Assembly: GCA_044223005.1 (NCBI GenBank)
Contig: JBGAML010000029.1
Location: forward strand, 1-25,002
Length of the DNA stretch: 25,002 nucleotides
Reading direction: 5' to 3'
Origin: Candidatus Eiseniibacteriota bacterium
GTDB lineage: Bacteria; Eisenbacteria; RBG-16-71-46
The position numbers and the translations under genes are program-made. The stretch's first letter is position 1. Every line of letters starts with the position of its first letter. The notes beneath the pieces were generated by a model. That model was given only the letters and a program-made list of their open reading frames with translations. It did not search any database and was not told where the DNA came from. Positions 1 through 7,970 of this stretch are shown here, piece by piece.

Positions 1-82
1 ATCGTGCAGGATGCACGATCCGGCTCCCGGCTTTCCGGGGGGAGGGCCGGCCGACGCTCAGGTCCGAACCCGTTCGGGCCGA

Positions 83-91
83 TGGTATCTT
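83..91 (+). promoter_or_regulatory. Putative extended -10 promoter (TG-g-TATCTT)
   Basis: TGGTATCTT matches TGnTAnnnT and lies ~25 nt upstream of the SD-preceded ATG at 116. Confidence 0.4.
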
Positions 92-115
92 CGTCGCCCG
101 ACCCTCCCGAGGACC

Positions 116-1447
116 ATGGCCACGATCCCGAACGAAGCCGCACCCGCCACGCCACGTCGCGTCGTCCTGATCGACTTCGACTGGCAGGACGCGGAACTCA
201 TGCCCGACCTGCTTCGCCGGCCGGGCGTTTCCGTACGGCTGGTCGCCGGTGATCGGGGCGAGGATCCGGGAGTGCGGGTGGCCGAGCTCTGCGGCCTGCC
301 GCGGACGCTGGACCTCGCGGACCTCACGCGAGAGATCTTCGACCTCGCGCTCGTCGGCGAACACAGCTCGCGGCGGACGCAGCTCGAGAGCCTACTGCTC
401 GCGCTCGGCACTCCGTGCCAGACGCCGCAGGAGTTCCTGCGCGGATCGCGGAACGAGGCCGTGACACCCACGATCGAGGCACCGCTCGCGTTGCACGCGG
501 CCGCGCTCGAGCACACGCTCGGCGGCAGCGACTTCGACGCCCTCGTGGAGCAGGCGCTGCCCGACCTTGGCGCGGACGCCCCGGTGAAGCCGGAGCCGCC
601 GCGGATCCTGCCTCACACCATGGTGCGCGTGATGAGCCTCGAGGATTTCCCCTCGGTGGAATCGCGGCGCCACCTCGAGAGCGCGCTCAAGTCGCTCGTC
701 AACGTGTCGGGCGCCGGCACCGCCGAACTCCACGCGGGACGCAGCGACGCGCTGCAGCTGGTCGCACAGGTCGGTCCCGAGGACAAGCTGCTGCGCGGCC
801 TCGTCGACCTCGCGCACGAACTGGGAACGCCGCAGGTCGTCACGCGCATGTCCGAGCCGGGCAAGGGGCGGGCATGGGGCGCGTGGCCGTTCCAGACGAC
901 GCAGCGGCGCGGCGTGCTCGCCGCCGCGGCGATCGACCCCGAGGAGGGCTGGTCGCGCTGGCAGACGATGGTCGACGAACTCCGCACCACCTGGGACGAG
1001 GAGGATCGCGAGAAGGCGGGCGCCTCGTTCCCGTTCACGCCGCTGCGCTCGACGGGCTGGCTCGAGCCCGAGGACTTCCGGGTGCGCGTGGACCTCGCCG
1101 TGGCGCGGCACCGCAACGACCGGATGCGCTTCGAGCTGCATCGGATCGACTTCCCCGAATCTCAGGCGGCGGTGGACGCGATGTGCACGTGGCTCCCGAG
1201 CCAGCTCCGCGACACCGACTGCATCAGCCGGCCCGGGCCCCGCAGCGTGCTGATGCTCGTGGCCGGGACGCCGGAGGGTTTCTCGCACGTGCGCCGGCGG
1301 CTCGTGGCGCTCTGGGACACGGCGTGGCGCGACGCGGGCGGTGGATCGCCGGCGCCGGCGCTCGTGGACCAGCACGTGGCGCTCGCGGGCCCCGAGGATG
1401 CCGATGCGTTCCTCGCGGCGGCCGCCGTCTGGATGACGCGCGCCTGA
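116..1447 (+). CDS. Multidomain hypothetical protein: N-terminal Rossmann-like domain, central GAF-like region, C-terminal degenerate GGDEF-like domain
   Basis: Inside ORF 11..1447; ATG at 116 has a GAGGA SD. The C-terminal LPSQLRDTDCISRPGPRSVLMLV aligns by eye with the GGDEF pattern LRxxDxxxRxGGDEFxxLL. The N-terminal RVVLID...DPGVRVAELCGLP resembles Rossmann-like sensor modules. Confidence 0.6.
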   Translation: MATIPNEAAPATPRRVVLIDFDWQDAELMPDLLRRPGVSVRLVAGDRGEDPGVRVAELCGLPRTLDLADLTREIFDLALVGEHSSRRTQLESLLLALGTPCQTPQEFLRGSRNEAVTPTIEAPLALHAAALEHTLGGSDFDALVEQALPDLGADAPVKPEPPRILPHTMVRVMSLEDFPSVESRRHLESALKSLVNVSGAGTAELHAGRSDALQLVAQVGPEDKLLRGLVDLAHELGTPQVVTRMSEPGKGRAWGAWPFQTTQRRGVLAAAAIDPEEGWSRWQTMVDELRTTWDEEDREKAGASFPFTPLRSTGWLEPEDFRVRVDLAVARHRNDRMRFELHRIDFPESQAAVDAMCTWLPSQLRDTDCISRPGPRSVLMLVAGTPEGFSHVRRRLVALWDTAWRDAGGGSPAPALVDQHVALAGPEDADAFLAAAAVWMTRA

Positions 1448-1466
1448 GCATCCGGGCCGCGCGCGC

Positions 1467-1496
1467 TTGACCCGCGCGGCCGTCCGACCGCATCCT
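1467..1496 (+). promoter_or_regulatory. Putative sigma70 promoter for mutL-miaA
   Basis: TTGACC-N18-CATCCT in the intergenic gap, followed by a GGAGG SD before the GTG at 1521. Confidence 0.4.
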
Positions 1497-1520
1497 CCGT
1501 GACTTCCATCCGGAGGTCCC

Positions 1521-3284
1521 GTGTCCCGCCGTATCCGCCGCCTTTCGTCGGAGACGGCCTCCCGTATCGCCGCGGGGGAGGTCGTCGACCGGCCCCTTTC
1601 GGCCCTCAAGGAGATCGTCGAGAACGCCATCGACGCGTCCGCGCGCACCATCGAGGTGCGGGTGGAGCGCGCGCTCGACCATGTCTTCAGCGTCGCCGAC
1701 GACGGGACGGGGATCGCGGCCGACGATCTCGAGCTGGCGCTCGAACGGCACGCGACGAGCAAGCTCGCGGCGCTCGAGGACCTGGACCGGCTGCGGACGC
1801 TCGGGTTCCGCGGCGAGGCGCTGCCGAGCATCGCGGCGGTGAGCCGGCTGCGGCTCGCGTCGCGCCCGAGCGGCGAGGACGCCGCCGTCACGCTCCTCAC
1901 GGAGGGTGGCGCGGTGGTGGAGCGCACGGCATCGGCGCGGGCGACCGGGACCACGGTCGAGGTGCGCGACCTGTTCTTCAACACGCCCGCGCGCCGCAAG
2001 TTCCTCAACACGCCGGGCGGGGAGCTGCGCGCGGCGATCCGCATGCTCGAGAGCTACGCGCTGGCGCGCCCCGACGTCGGTTTCCGGCTCGTGGTCGACG
2101 ATCGCGAGCGTTTCGACTGGGCCGCGACCGGAACGCGCCGCGAGCGGGCGGCGCAGATCTGGGGCAACCGCCACGCCGAGCAGCTGCTCGCGGCCACGGG
2201 CGAGCGGAACGGCATGCAGCTCGAGGCGCTGCTCGGGCTGCCCGAGCATGCGCGCGCGACGCGCGAGGGCCAGGTGTTCCTCGTCAACGGTCGCTGGGTC
2301 GCGAGCCCGGCGCTGTCGCAGGCCCTGCGGCACGCCTACGGCAACCTGCTCCCGGGCGGACGGTTCCCGTCGGCCGTGCTGTGGCTCACGGTGCCCCCGG
2401 ACCGGCTCGACGTGAACGTCCACCCGACCAAGCGCGAGGTGCGTTTCGCGGACGACGACTCGGTGTTCTCGCTCGTCGCGTCCACGTGCGCGCAGCCGCT
2501 CGCGAGCCTTTATCCGCCTTTCACGGTCGTGCAGGGCGGCCCCAAGCGCGAGGAGCCGCAGCCCGCGTGGGCCGAGCACGTGCGCGAAGTGCCGCGGGAC
2601 GAATCGCAGCTCGGGCTCGCGTTCGCGCCGCCCGCGGCGCCCGGCGCGCCGCCCGGAGGCGTGACGCCGCTGCCGGTGGCGCCGCCGCCCGCGGCCGCGG
2701 CGGCCTCCGCCGAGCCGGAGTTCTGGCAGCTGCACCGCACGTACATCCTCGCGCCCGTTCGCGGCGGGCTGGTGATCGTCGACCAGCACGCGGCGCACGA
2801 GCGCATCCTCTACGAGGAAGCGATCGCCCGCCTGCAGGGTCAGCAGGGCACGTCGCAGGGCCTCGTGTTCCCGGAACTCGCCGACCTGACGCGCGACCAG
2901 TTCGAGCTGCTGCTCGAAGCCGGTCCGCTGCTCCAGCAGCTCGGGTGGGAGCTCGTACCGATGAGCCCGCCGACGGTGTCGATCCACGGCGTGCCCTCGA
3001 ACATCCGCGTCGGCGACGCGCCGCAGCTGCTGCGCGACGTGCTGGACGGCGTGGGCGAGGGGCCGCACGCGACCACCGCTCAGGCGGACCTGCTCGAGCG
3101 CGTGGCGCGCTCGCACGCGTGCCACACCGCCATCAAGGCCGGCGATCCCCTCGGTCGCGAGGACATGCGCGCGCTGGTGGACCGGCTGTTCGCGACCACG
3201 CGGCCCCACGGCGATCCGCACGGGCGGCCGACGTTCGTGCGGCTCGATCTCGACGAACTGCACCGGCGCTTCGGCCGCGCCTGA
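1521..3284 (+). CDS. mutL: DNA mismatch repair protein MutL
   Basis: IAAGEVVDRP, KEIVENAIDA, DDGTGI, RHATSK, LGFRGEALPSI, DVNVHPTKREV and the endonuclease motif DQHAAHERILYE. GTG start with GGAGG SD. Confidence 0.98.
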   Translation: MSRRIRRLSSETASRIAAGEVVDRPLSALKEIVENAIDASARTIEVRVERALDHVFSVADDGTGIAADDLELALERHATSKLAALEDLDRLRTLGFRGEALPSIAAVSRLRLASRPSGEDAAVTLLTEGGAVVERTASARATGTTVEVRDLFFNTPARRKFLNTPGGELRAAIRMLESYALARPDVGFRLVVDDRERFDWAATGTRRERAAQIWGNRHAEQLLAATGERNGMQLEALLGLPEHARATREGQVFLVNGRWVASPALSQALRHAYGNLLPGGRFPSAVLWLTVPPDRLDVNVHPTKREVRFADDDSVFSLVASTCAQPLASLYPPFTVVQGGPKREEPQPAWAEHVREVPRDESQLGLAFAPPAAPGAPPGGVTPLPVAPPPAAAAASAEPEFWQLHRTYILAPVRGGLVIVDQHAAHERILYEEAIARLQGQQGTSQGLVFPELADLTRDQFELLLEAGPLLQQLGWELVPMSPPTVSIHGVPSNIRVGDAPQLLRDVLDGVGEGPHATTAQADLLERVARSHACHTAIKAGDPLGREDMRALVDRLFATTRPHGDPHGRPTFVRLDLDELHRRFGRA

Positions 3285-3297
3285 TCGGGAGGGTCGC

Positions 3298-4218
3298 GTG
3301 CGCCGTGCCGTGATCCTCGCGGGCGCCACCGCCACCGGCAAGACCGACCTCGGGGAGGATCTCGCCGCGGCCCTCGGTGGCGAGATCGTCTGCGCCGACG
3401 CGCGCCAGGTGTTCGCCGAGCTCGAGATCGGGACGGGCAAGCCGACGCCCGCTCAGCGCGACGCGCTGCCGCATCACCTCTTCGACGCGCTCGCGCTGGG
3501 CGAGCGCGCCAGCGCGGGCGAGTGGGCGCGGCGCGCGCGCGCGACCTGCGAAGCGCTGTTCGCGCGTGGCGTCGTGCCCGTGCTCGTGGGCGGCTCGGGG
3601 CTCTACCTGCGCGCGCTGCTCGAAGGCCTGCACGCCGAGCCGCCGCACGACGCGGCGATTCGCGAGCGGCTGCGCGCCGAATGGGAGAGCGAGGGCGCCG
3701 CGGCGATGCACGCGCGGCTTGCCGCGAGCGATCCCGCGACCGCTGCCCGGCTCGCGCCGCGCGACCGGCAGCGCATCCTGCGCGCGCTCGAGGTGGAGGC
3801 CGCGAGCGGCCGCCCGCTCTCGGCGTGGCACGCGGCGCCGACGCGTGAGGCGCTCGCGGCGGACTGGCGCATCGCCGAACTCGTCTGCGACCCGGAGCAG
3901 CTGGCGGCCCGTATCGACACGCGGACGCGGGCGATGTTCGCCGGCGGGCTGCTCGAGGAGACGCGGGCGCTGTTGGACGCGGGGAAGGGGCCGGCGCTCG
4001 CGGCCCTGCGCGCGATCGGCTACGACGAGGCGATGGCCTGCCTCGCGGGGACCTGCGACCGGGCCGAGGCCGAGGCGGCCACCTCCCTGCGGACCCGGCA
4101 GCTCGCCAAGCGGCAGCGCACCTGGTTCCGCCACCAGCTCGCAGCCGTCCGGGTCGATCCCGGCGCGCGCACCGGGCGCGAGGGCCTGGCGGCCCTGCGT
4201 GCAGCGCTCGACGCCTGA
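3298..4218 (+). CDS. miaA: tRNA dimethylallyltransferase
   Basis: GATATGKT P-loop, IGTGKP, PHHL, VGGSGLY, RILRALEV, AIGY and TRQLAKRQRTWFR motifs; classic mutL-miaA synteny. Confidence 0.96.
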   Translation: MRRAVILAGATATGKTDLGEDLAAALGGEIVCADARQVFAELEIGTGKPTPAQRDALPHHLFDALALGERASAGEWARRARATCEALFARGVVPVLVGGSGLYLRALLEGLHAEPPHDAAIRERLRAEWESEGAAAMHARLAASDPATAARLAPRDRQRILRALEVEAASGRPLSAWHAAPTREALAADWRIAELVCDPEQLAARIDTRTRAMFAGGLLEETRALLDAGKGPALAALRAIGYDEAMACLAGTCDRAEAEAATSLRTRQLAKRQRTWFRHQLAAVRVDPGARTGREGLAALRAALDA

Positions 4219-4253
4219 CGCGTACCCGGGAACGCGAGCGGGCGTGGGTCCGG

Positions 4254-4282
4254 TTGACACGTCCCCGGGGCTCCCGTAGCGT
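4254..4282 (+). promoter_or_regulatory. Sigma70 promoter for tRNA-Gly and the der operon
   Basis: Perfect TTGACA, 17-nt spacer, TAGCGT; about 30 nt upstream of the tRNA. Confidence 0.7.
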
Positions 4283-4311
4283 GCATCGGCGCTTCGGACA
4301 GCACGTCTTTC

Positions 4312-4387
4312 GCGGGCATAGCTCAGTTGGTAGAGCGCGAGCTTCCCAAGCTTGAGGTCGCGGGTTCGACCCCCGTTGCCCGCTCCA
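4312..4387 (+). tRNA. tRNA-Gly (anticodon CCC)
   Basis: GCGGGCA/TGCCCGC acceptor stem, D-arm AGCTCAGTTGGTAGAGC, anticodon arm CGAGC-TTCCCAA-GCTTG, GGTTCGA T-loop, encoded CCA; 76 nt. Confidence 0.97.
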
Positions 4388-4463
4388 TCTTCGCGACGAC
4401 AGCGGCGCGCCGGCCCTTCCGGACGGCGCGCCGGCTCGCGTCCGGCCACCCGTCGGGATCCTC

Positions 4464-5774
4464 ATGTCCGCTCCGGTCGTCGCCATCATCGGCCGTCCCA
4501 ACGTCGGCAAGTCGACGCTCTTCAACCGCATCCTCGGTGAGCGCCGCGCCGTCGTGCACGACCGGCCGGGCGTCACGCGCGACCGCAACGCGGTGCGCGC
4601 CGAGTGGACCGGGCGGTCGTTCGTGCTCGTCGACACGGGCGGTTTCCTGCCCGGCTCGGCCGAGACGCGCGACGCCGACATCCGCCGCCAGGCCGAGACG
4701 GCCGTGGGCCTCGCCGACGTCGTGCTGTTCCTCGTCGACGCGCATACGGGGGTCACCGACCTCGACCAGGCGATCGCGAACCAGCTCCGCCGCTCGGGCG
4801 CGAACGCGATCGTGGTGGTGAACAAGGTGGACCAGGCCGGCGATGCGATCGTGCACGACTTCCACCGGCTGGGCCTGGGCGAACCCATGCCCGTCGCCGC
4901 CGAGGGTGGGCTCGGGATCGGCGACATGCTGGATGCGATCCTCGCGCGCATGCCGCGCGAGACCGAGCCCGCCACGGAACCCGACGCGCGGATCGCGATC
5001 GTCGGCCGGCCCAACGTCGGCAAGTCGTCGCTGGTCAATGCGTTGCTGGGCGAGGATCGCGTACTGGTGGAGCCCCGGGCCGGCACGACGGTGGATTCGA
5101 TCGACGCCGAGTGGAATACGCCCAACGGGCAGTTCGTGCTCGTCGACACGGCGGGCATCCGCCGGCAGGCCGAGTTCGACGACCAGGCGGAGTTCTACGC
5201 GACCATGCGCGCGCTGACGGCGCTCGAGCGCGCGCACGTCGCCTGCCTCGTCGTGGACTCCCCGCAGGGCTTCCAGAAGCAGGAGGCGCGGCTCGCGCAC
5301 CACGCGCTCGACGCTGGGTGCTCGGTGCTGCTGCTCTACAACAAGTGGGACCTCGTCGAAGGGCGCGAGCAGGCGTGGAAGGACGTGCAAGCCGACCGTG
5401 CGCGGCGCTTCCCGACGCTCGCGGACCTGCCGGCGCATCCGGTGTCCGCCACGGAACGCATCCACCTGGCGCGGCTTCCGGAGTACATTGCCGAGCGGGC
5501 CGCCGAACACGCCCGCAAGATCCCCACCGCGCAGCTCAACGACTGGCTCGAGAACGCGCAGCGTCGCCGGGCCGTCCCGAGCAACTCGATGGGGAAGAGC
5601 CCGCGGATCTACTACATGACGCAGACGGGGTCGCGCCCGCCGCAGTTCACGCTGTTCGTGAACTCGCCGTCGCGGCTGAGCGAGAACTACCGTCGCTACC
5701 TGTGGGGGCAGTTCGTGGACCACTTCGGTTTCCGGGGCACGCCGCTGCGCTTCAAGGTGAAGAAGAGCGAGTAG
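4464..5774 (+). CDS. der: Ribosome biogenesis GTPase Der (EngA)
   Basis: Two G domains (GRPNVGKSTLFN/DTGG/NKVD and GRPNVGKSSLVN/DTAG/NKWD) plus a C-terminal KH-like domain (YRRYL...FGFRGTPLR). Confidence 0.98.
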   Translation: MSAPVVAIIGRPNVGKSTLFNRILGERRAVVHDRPGVTRDRNAVRAEWTGRSFVLVDTGGFLPGSAETRDADIRRQAETAVGLADVVLFLVDAHTGVTDLDQAIANQLRRSGANAIVVVNKVDQAGDAIVHDFHRLGLGEPMPVAAEGGLGIGDMLDAILARMPRETEPATEPDARIAIVGRPNVGKSSLVNALLGEDRVLVEPRAGTTVDSIDAEWNTPNGQFVLVDTAGIRRQAEFDDQAEFYATMRALTALERAHVACLVVDSPQGFQKQEARLAHHALDAGCSVLLLYNKWDLVEGREQAWKDVQADRARRFPTLADLPAHPVSATERIHLARLPEYIAERAAEHARKIPTAQLNDWLENAQRRRAVPSNSMGKSPRIYYMTQTGSRPPQFTLFVNSPSRLSENYRRYLWGQFVDHFGFRGTPLRFKVKKSE

Positions 5775-5778
5775 CGCC

Positions 5779-6420
5779 ATGCACCCGACCGCATCGCTGC
5801 TCGCGTGCCTCGGCATCGGCTACCTGTGCGGCTCGCTGCCCTGGGGGCTCTGGCTCGGGCGCATGCTGCGTGGCGTGGACGTGCGCACCCTGGGCTCGGG
5901 CAACCTGGGCGCCACGAACGTCTATCGCTCGCTCGGCCCCGGCATCGGCATCGCGACGCTGCTGCTGGACATCGCGAAGGGGGCGCTGCCCGTGGCGCTG
6001 CTCCCGGGTTCGGCGCTGGGGCTGGCGTTCCCGGGCGGGCCCGCATGGTGCGCGATCGGGGTCGGCGTCGCCGCCGTGGCCGGCCACGTATGGACGTTCC
6101 TCGCCGGATTCAAGGGCGGCAAGGGCGTCGCGACGACCGTCGGGGTGCTGCTCGCGCTGTCGTTGCCCGCGTTCGGGGTCTTCCTCGGGGTCTTCCTCGC
6201 CACGCTCCTGATCACGCGCTACGTGTCGCTCGGCTCGATCCTCGGCTCCGTGGCCTTCACGATCGCCCTGGCCCGCTTCGCGCCGGACGGCGTCCGCAGT
6301 CCGGCGTTCCTGCTCGGCAGCCTGCTCGCGCTCGTGGTGATCGTGCGGCACAAGGACAACATCGCCCGCCTGGCCCGTGGCCAGGAAAGCCGGTTCTCGT
6401 TCACGCGGAGGAAGGCATGA
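5779..6420 (+). CDS. plsY: Glycerol-3-phosphate acyltransferase PlsY
   Basis: GYLCGSLP, GSGNLGATN, DIAKG, GH...FKGGKGVAT, YVSLGS and RHKDNI motifs; hydrophobic; der-plsY-gpsA synteny. Confidence 0.97.
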   Translation: MHPTASLLACLGIGYLCGSLPWGLWLGRMLRGVDVRTLGSGNLGATNVYRSLGPGIGIATLLLDIAKGALPVALLPGSALGLAFPGGPAWCAIGVGVAAVAGHVWTFLAGFKGGKGVATTVGVLLALSLPAFGVFLGVFLATLLITRYVSLGSILGSVAFTIALARFAPDGVRSPAFLLGSLLALVVIVRHKDNIARLARGQESRFSFTRRKA

Positions 6421-7409
6421 GCGCGGTGGCGATCCTCGGGGCGGGCTCGTGGGGAACGACGCTGGCCGTCCATCTCGCGACGGCGGGGCACGACGTCCGG
6501 ATCTGGGGTAACGATGCCGCGGAATTGGCGGCGATCGTCCGGGACGGGGAGAACCGCAAATTCCTTGCTGGCATCCGGGTACCGCCGGGCGTTAAGGTTC
6601 AGCCGCAACTGGAGAAGGCGCTGGAGGGGGCGGAGTTCCACTTCTACGTCGTCCCGGCACAGGCGGTTCGGTCGGTCGCCACGACGATCGCGTCGCTCGG
6701 CGCGTCACGCGCCGTGCCGGTGTGCGCGAGCAAGGGACTGGAACTCGGAACTCTCCGGCGGATGTCGGAGGTGCTGACCGAGACTCTGGGTGACGCGGCG
6801 CCCGTGACGTTCACGGGTCCGAGTCACGCGGAAGAGGTCGCGACGGGCATCCCGACCTCGATCGTCGCCGCGTGCGCCGACGAGGCCCGGGCCCGGGCGG
6901 TGCAGTTGCTGTGCTCGACGCCGCGGCTGCGGGTCTACACCAACGACGACGTCGTGGGCTGCGAGTACGGCGGGGCGCTCAAGAACGTCATCGCCATCGC
7001 GGCCGGTGTCTGCGACGGGCTGGGGTACGGAGACAACACGAAGGGCGCGCTCCTCACGCGCGGCCTCGCCGAGATCAGCCGGATCGGCGTGGCGCAGGGT
7101 GGGCGGCGCGAGACGTTCTCGGGACTCACGGGCATGGGCGACCTCATCACGACCGCGATGAGCCGCCACAGCCGCAATCGCCACGTCGGCGAACGGCTCG
7201 GCCGCGGTGAGACGCTCGAGCAGGTGCTCGGCGCCATGGTGATGGTGGCCGAGGGGGTCACGACCTCGCGCGCCGCCCGCGATCTCGGGCGATCGCTGGG
7301 CGTCGAACTCCCGATCACGGAACAGGTGTGCGCGATCGCGCTCGAAGGGCGCGACCCGCGCGAAGCGATGCAGGCGTTGATGACACGCGACCTCAAGGCC
7401 GAGCGCTAG
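6417..7409 (+). CDS. gpsA: NAD(P)H-dependent glycerol-3-phosphate dehydrogenase
   Basis: ATGA overlap with plsY. GAGSWGTTLA, SKGLE, GPSHAEEV, GALKNVIAIAAG, GLTGMGDLITT, SRN and VAEGV motifs. Confidence 0.97.
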   Translation: MSAVAILGAGSWGTTLAVHLATAGHDVRIWGNDAAELAAIVRDGENRKFLAGIRVPPGVKVQPQLEKALEGAEFHFYVVPAQAVRSVATTIASLGASRAVPVCASKGLELGTLRRMSEVLTETLGDAAPVTFTGPSHAEEVATGIPTSIVAACADEARARAVQLLCSTPRLRVYTNDDVVGCEYGGALKNVIAIAAGVCDGLGYGDNTKGALLTRGLAEISRIGVAQGGRRETFSGLTGMGDLITTAMSRHSRNRHVGERLGRGETLEQVLGAMVMVAEGVTTSRAARDLGRSLGVELPITEQVCAIALEGRDPREAMQALMTRDLKAER

Positions 7410-7433
7410 GGGGCGCGAATCGAGGAGGTTCCC

Positions 7434-7835
7434 GTGGCGATCCGCAAGACCACCGTCGAGCCCGACACCAAGCTGTACCGCTCGATCAGCGAGGTCAGCG
7501 AGATGTTGGACGTGAAACCGCACGTCCTGCGCTACTGGGAAACGCAGTTCAGCATGCTTCGCCCGAAGAAGAACCGGGCCGGCAACCGCATGTACCGCCC
7601 GGACGAGGTGAAGATGCTGCTCCGCATCAAGGAGCTCCTCTACGCTCGCCGGTACACGATCGAGGGTGCGCGCCGCACGCTCCTCGACGAGCGGCGCGAA
7701 GAGTCGCCACAGCGCGAACTGGGCTTCGAGACGGCCGAGCGCCAGATGGTGATCTTCGAGGTGCGCGAGAGCCTGCGGGAGATCGCGGCGCGCCTGCGCG
7801 CCCGCCCGGGCGCCCCGGTTCCCGACCGCGACTGA
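7434..7835 (+). CDS. MerR-family HTH transcriptional regulator
   Basis: KLYRSISEVSEMLDVKPHVLRYWETQF...GNRMYR...RRYTIEGAR; GAGGAGGT SD before GTG. Confidence 0.92.
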   Translation: MAIRKTTVEPDTKLYRSISEVSEMLDVKPHVLRYWETQFSMLRPKKNRAGNRMYRPDEVKMLLRIKELLYARRYTIEGARRTLLDERREESPQRELGFETAERQMVIFEVRESLREIAARLRARPGAPVPDRD

Positions 7836-7970
7836 CATCCGATTCCCAGGGGAGAGGCGGCTGCGGCTTTCGTTCGTGCCCCGCGTCCGATAGATTCCCC
7901 GGTGATCGGTCCGGCCGCCGTGCGTGGCCCCTCGATCCCGAGTCCCCCTCGGACCCCGTGGGCCATCGCG

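Noticed and set aside
4403..4435. Repeated CGGCGCGCCGGC able to form a hairpin after tRNA-Gly
   Set aside because: GC-only self-complementary sequence with no U-tract; could be chance or a processing stem, so it was not called a terminator.
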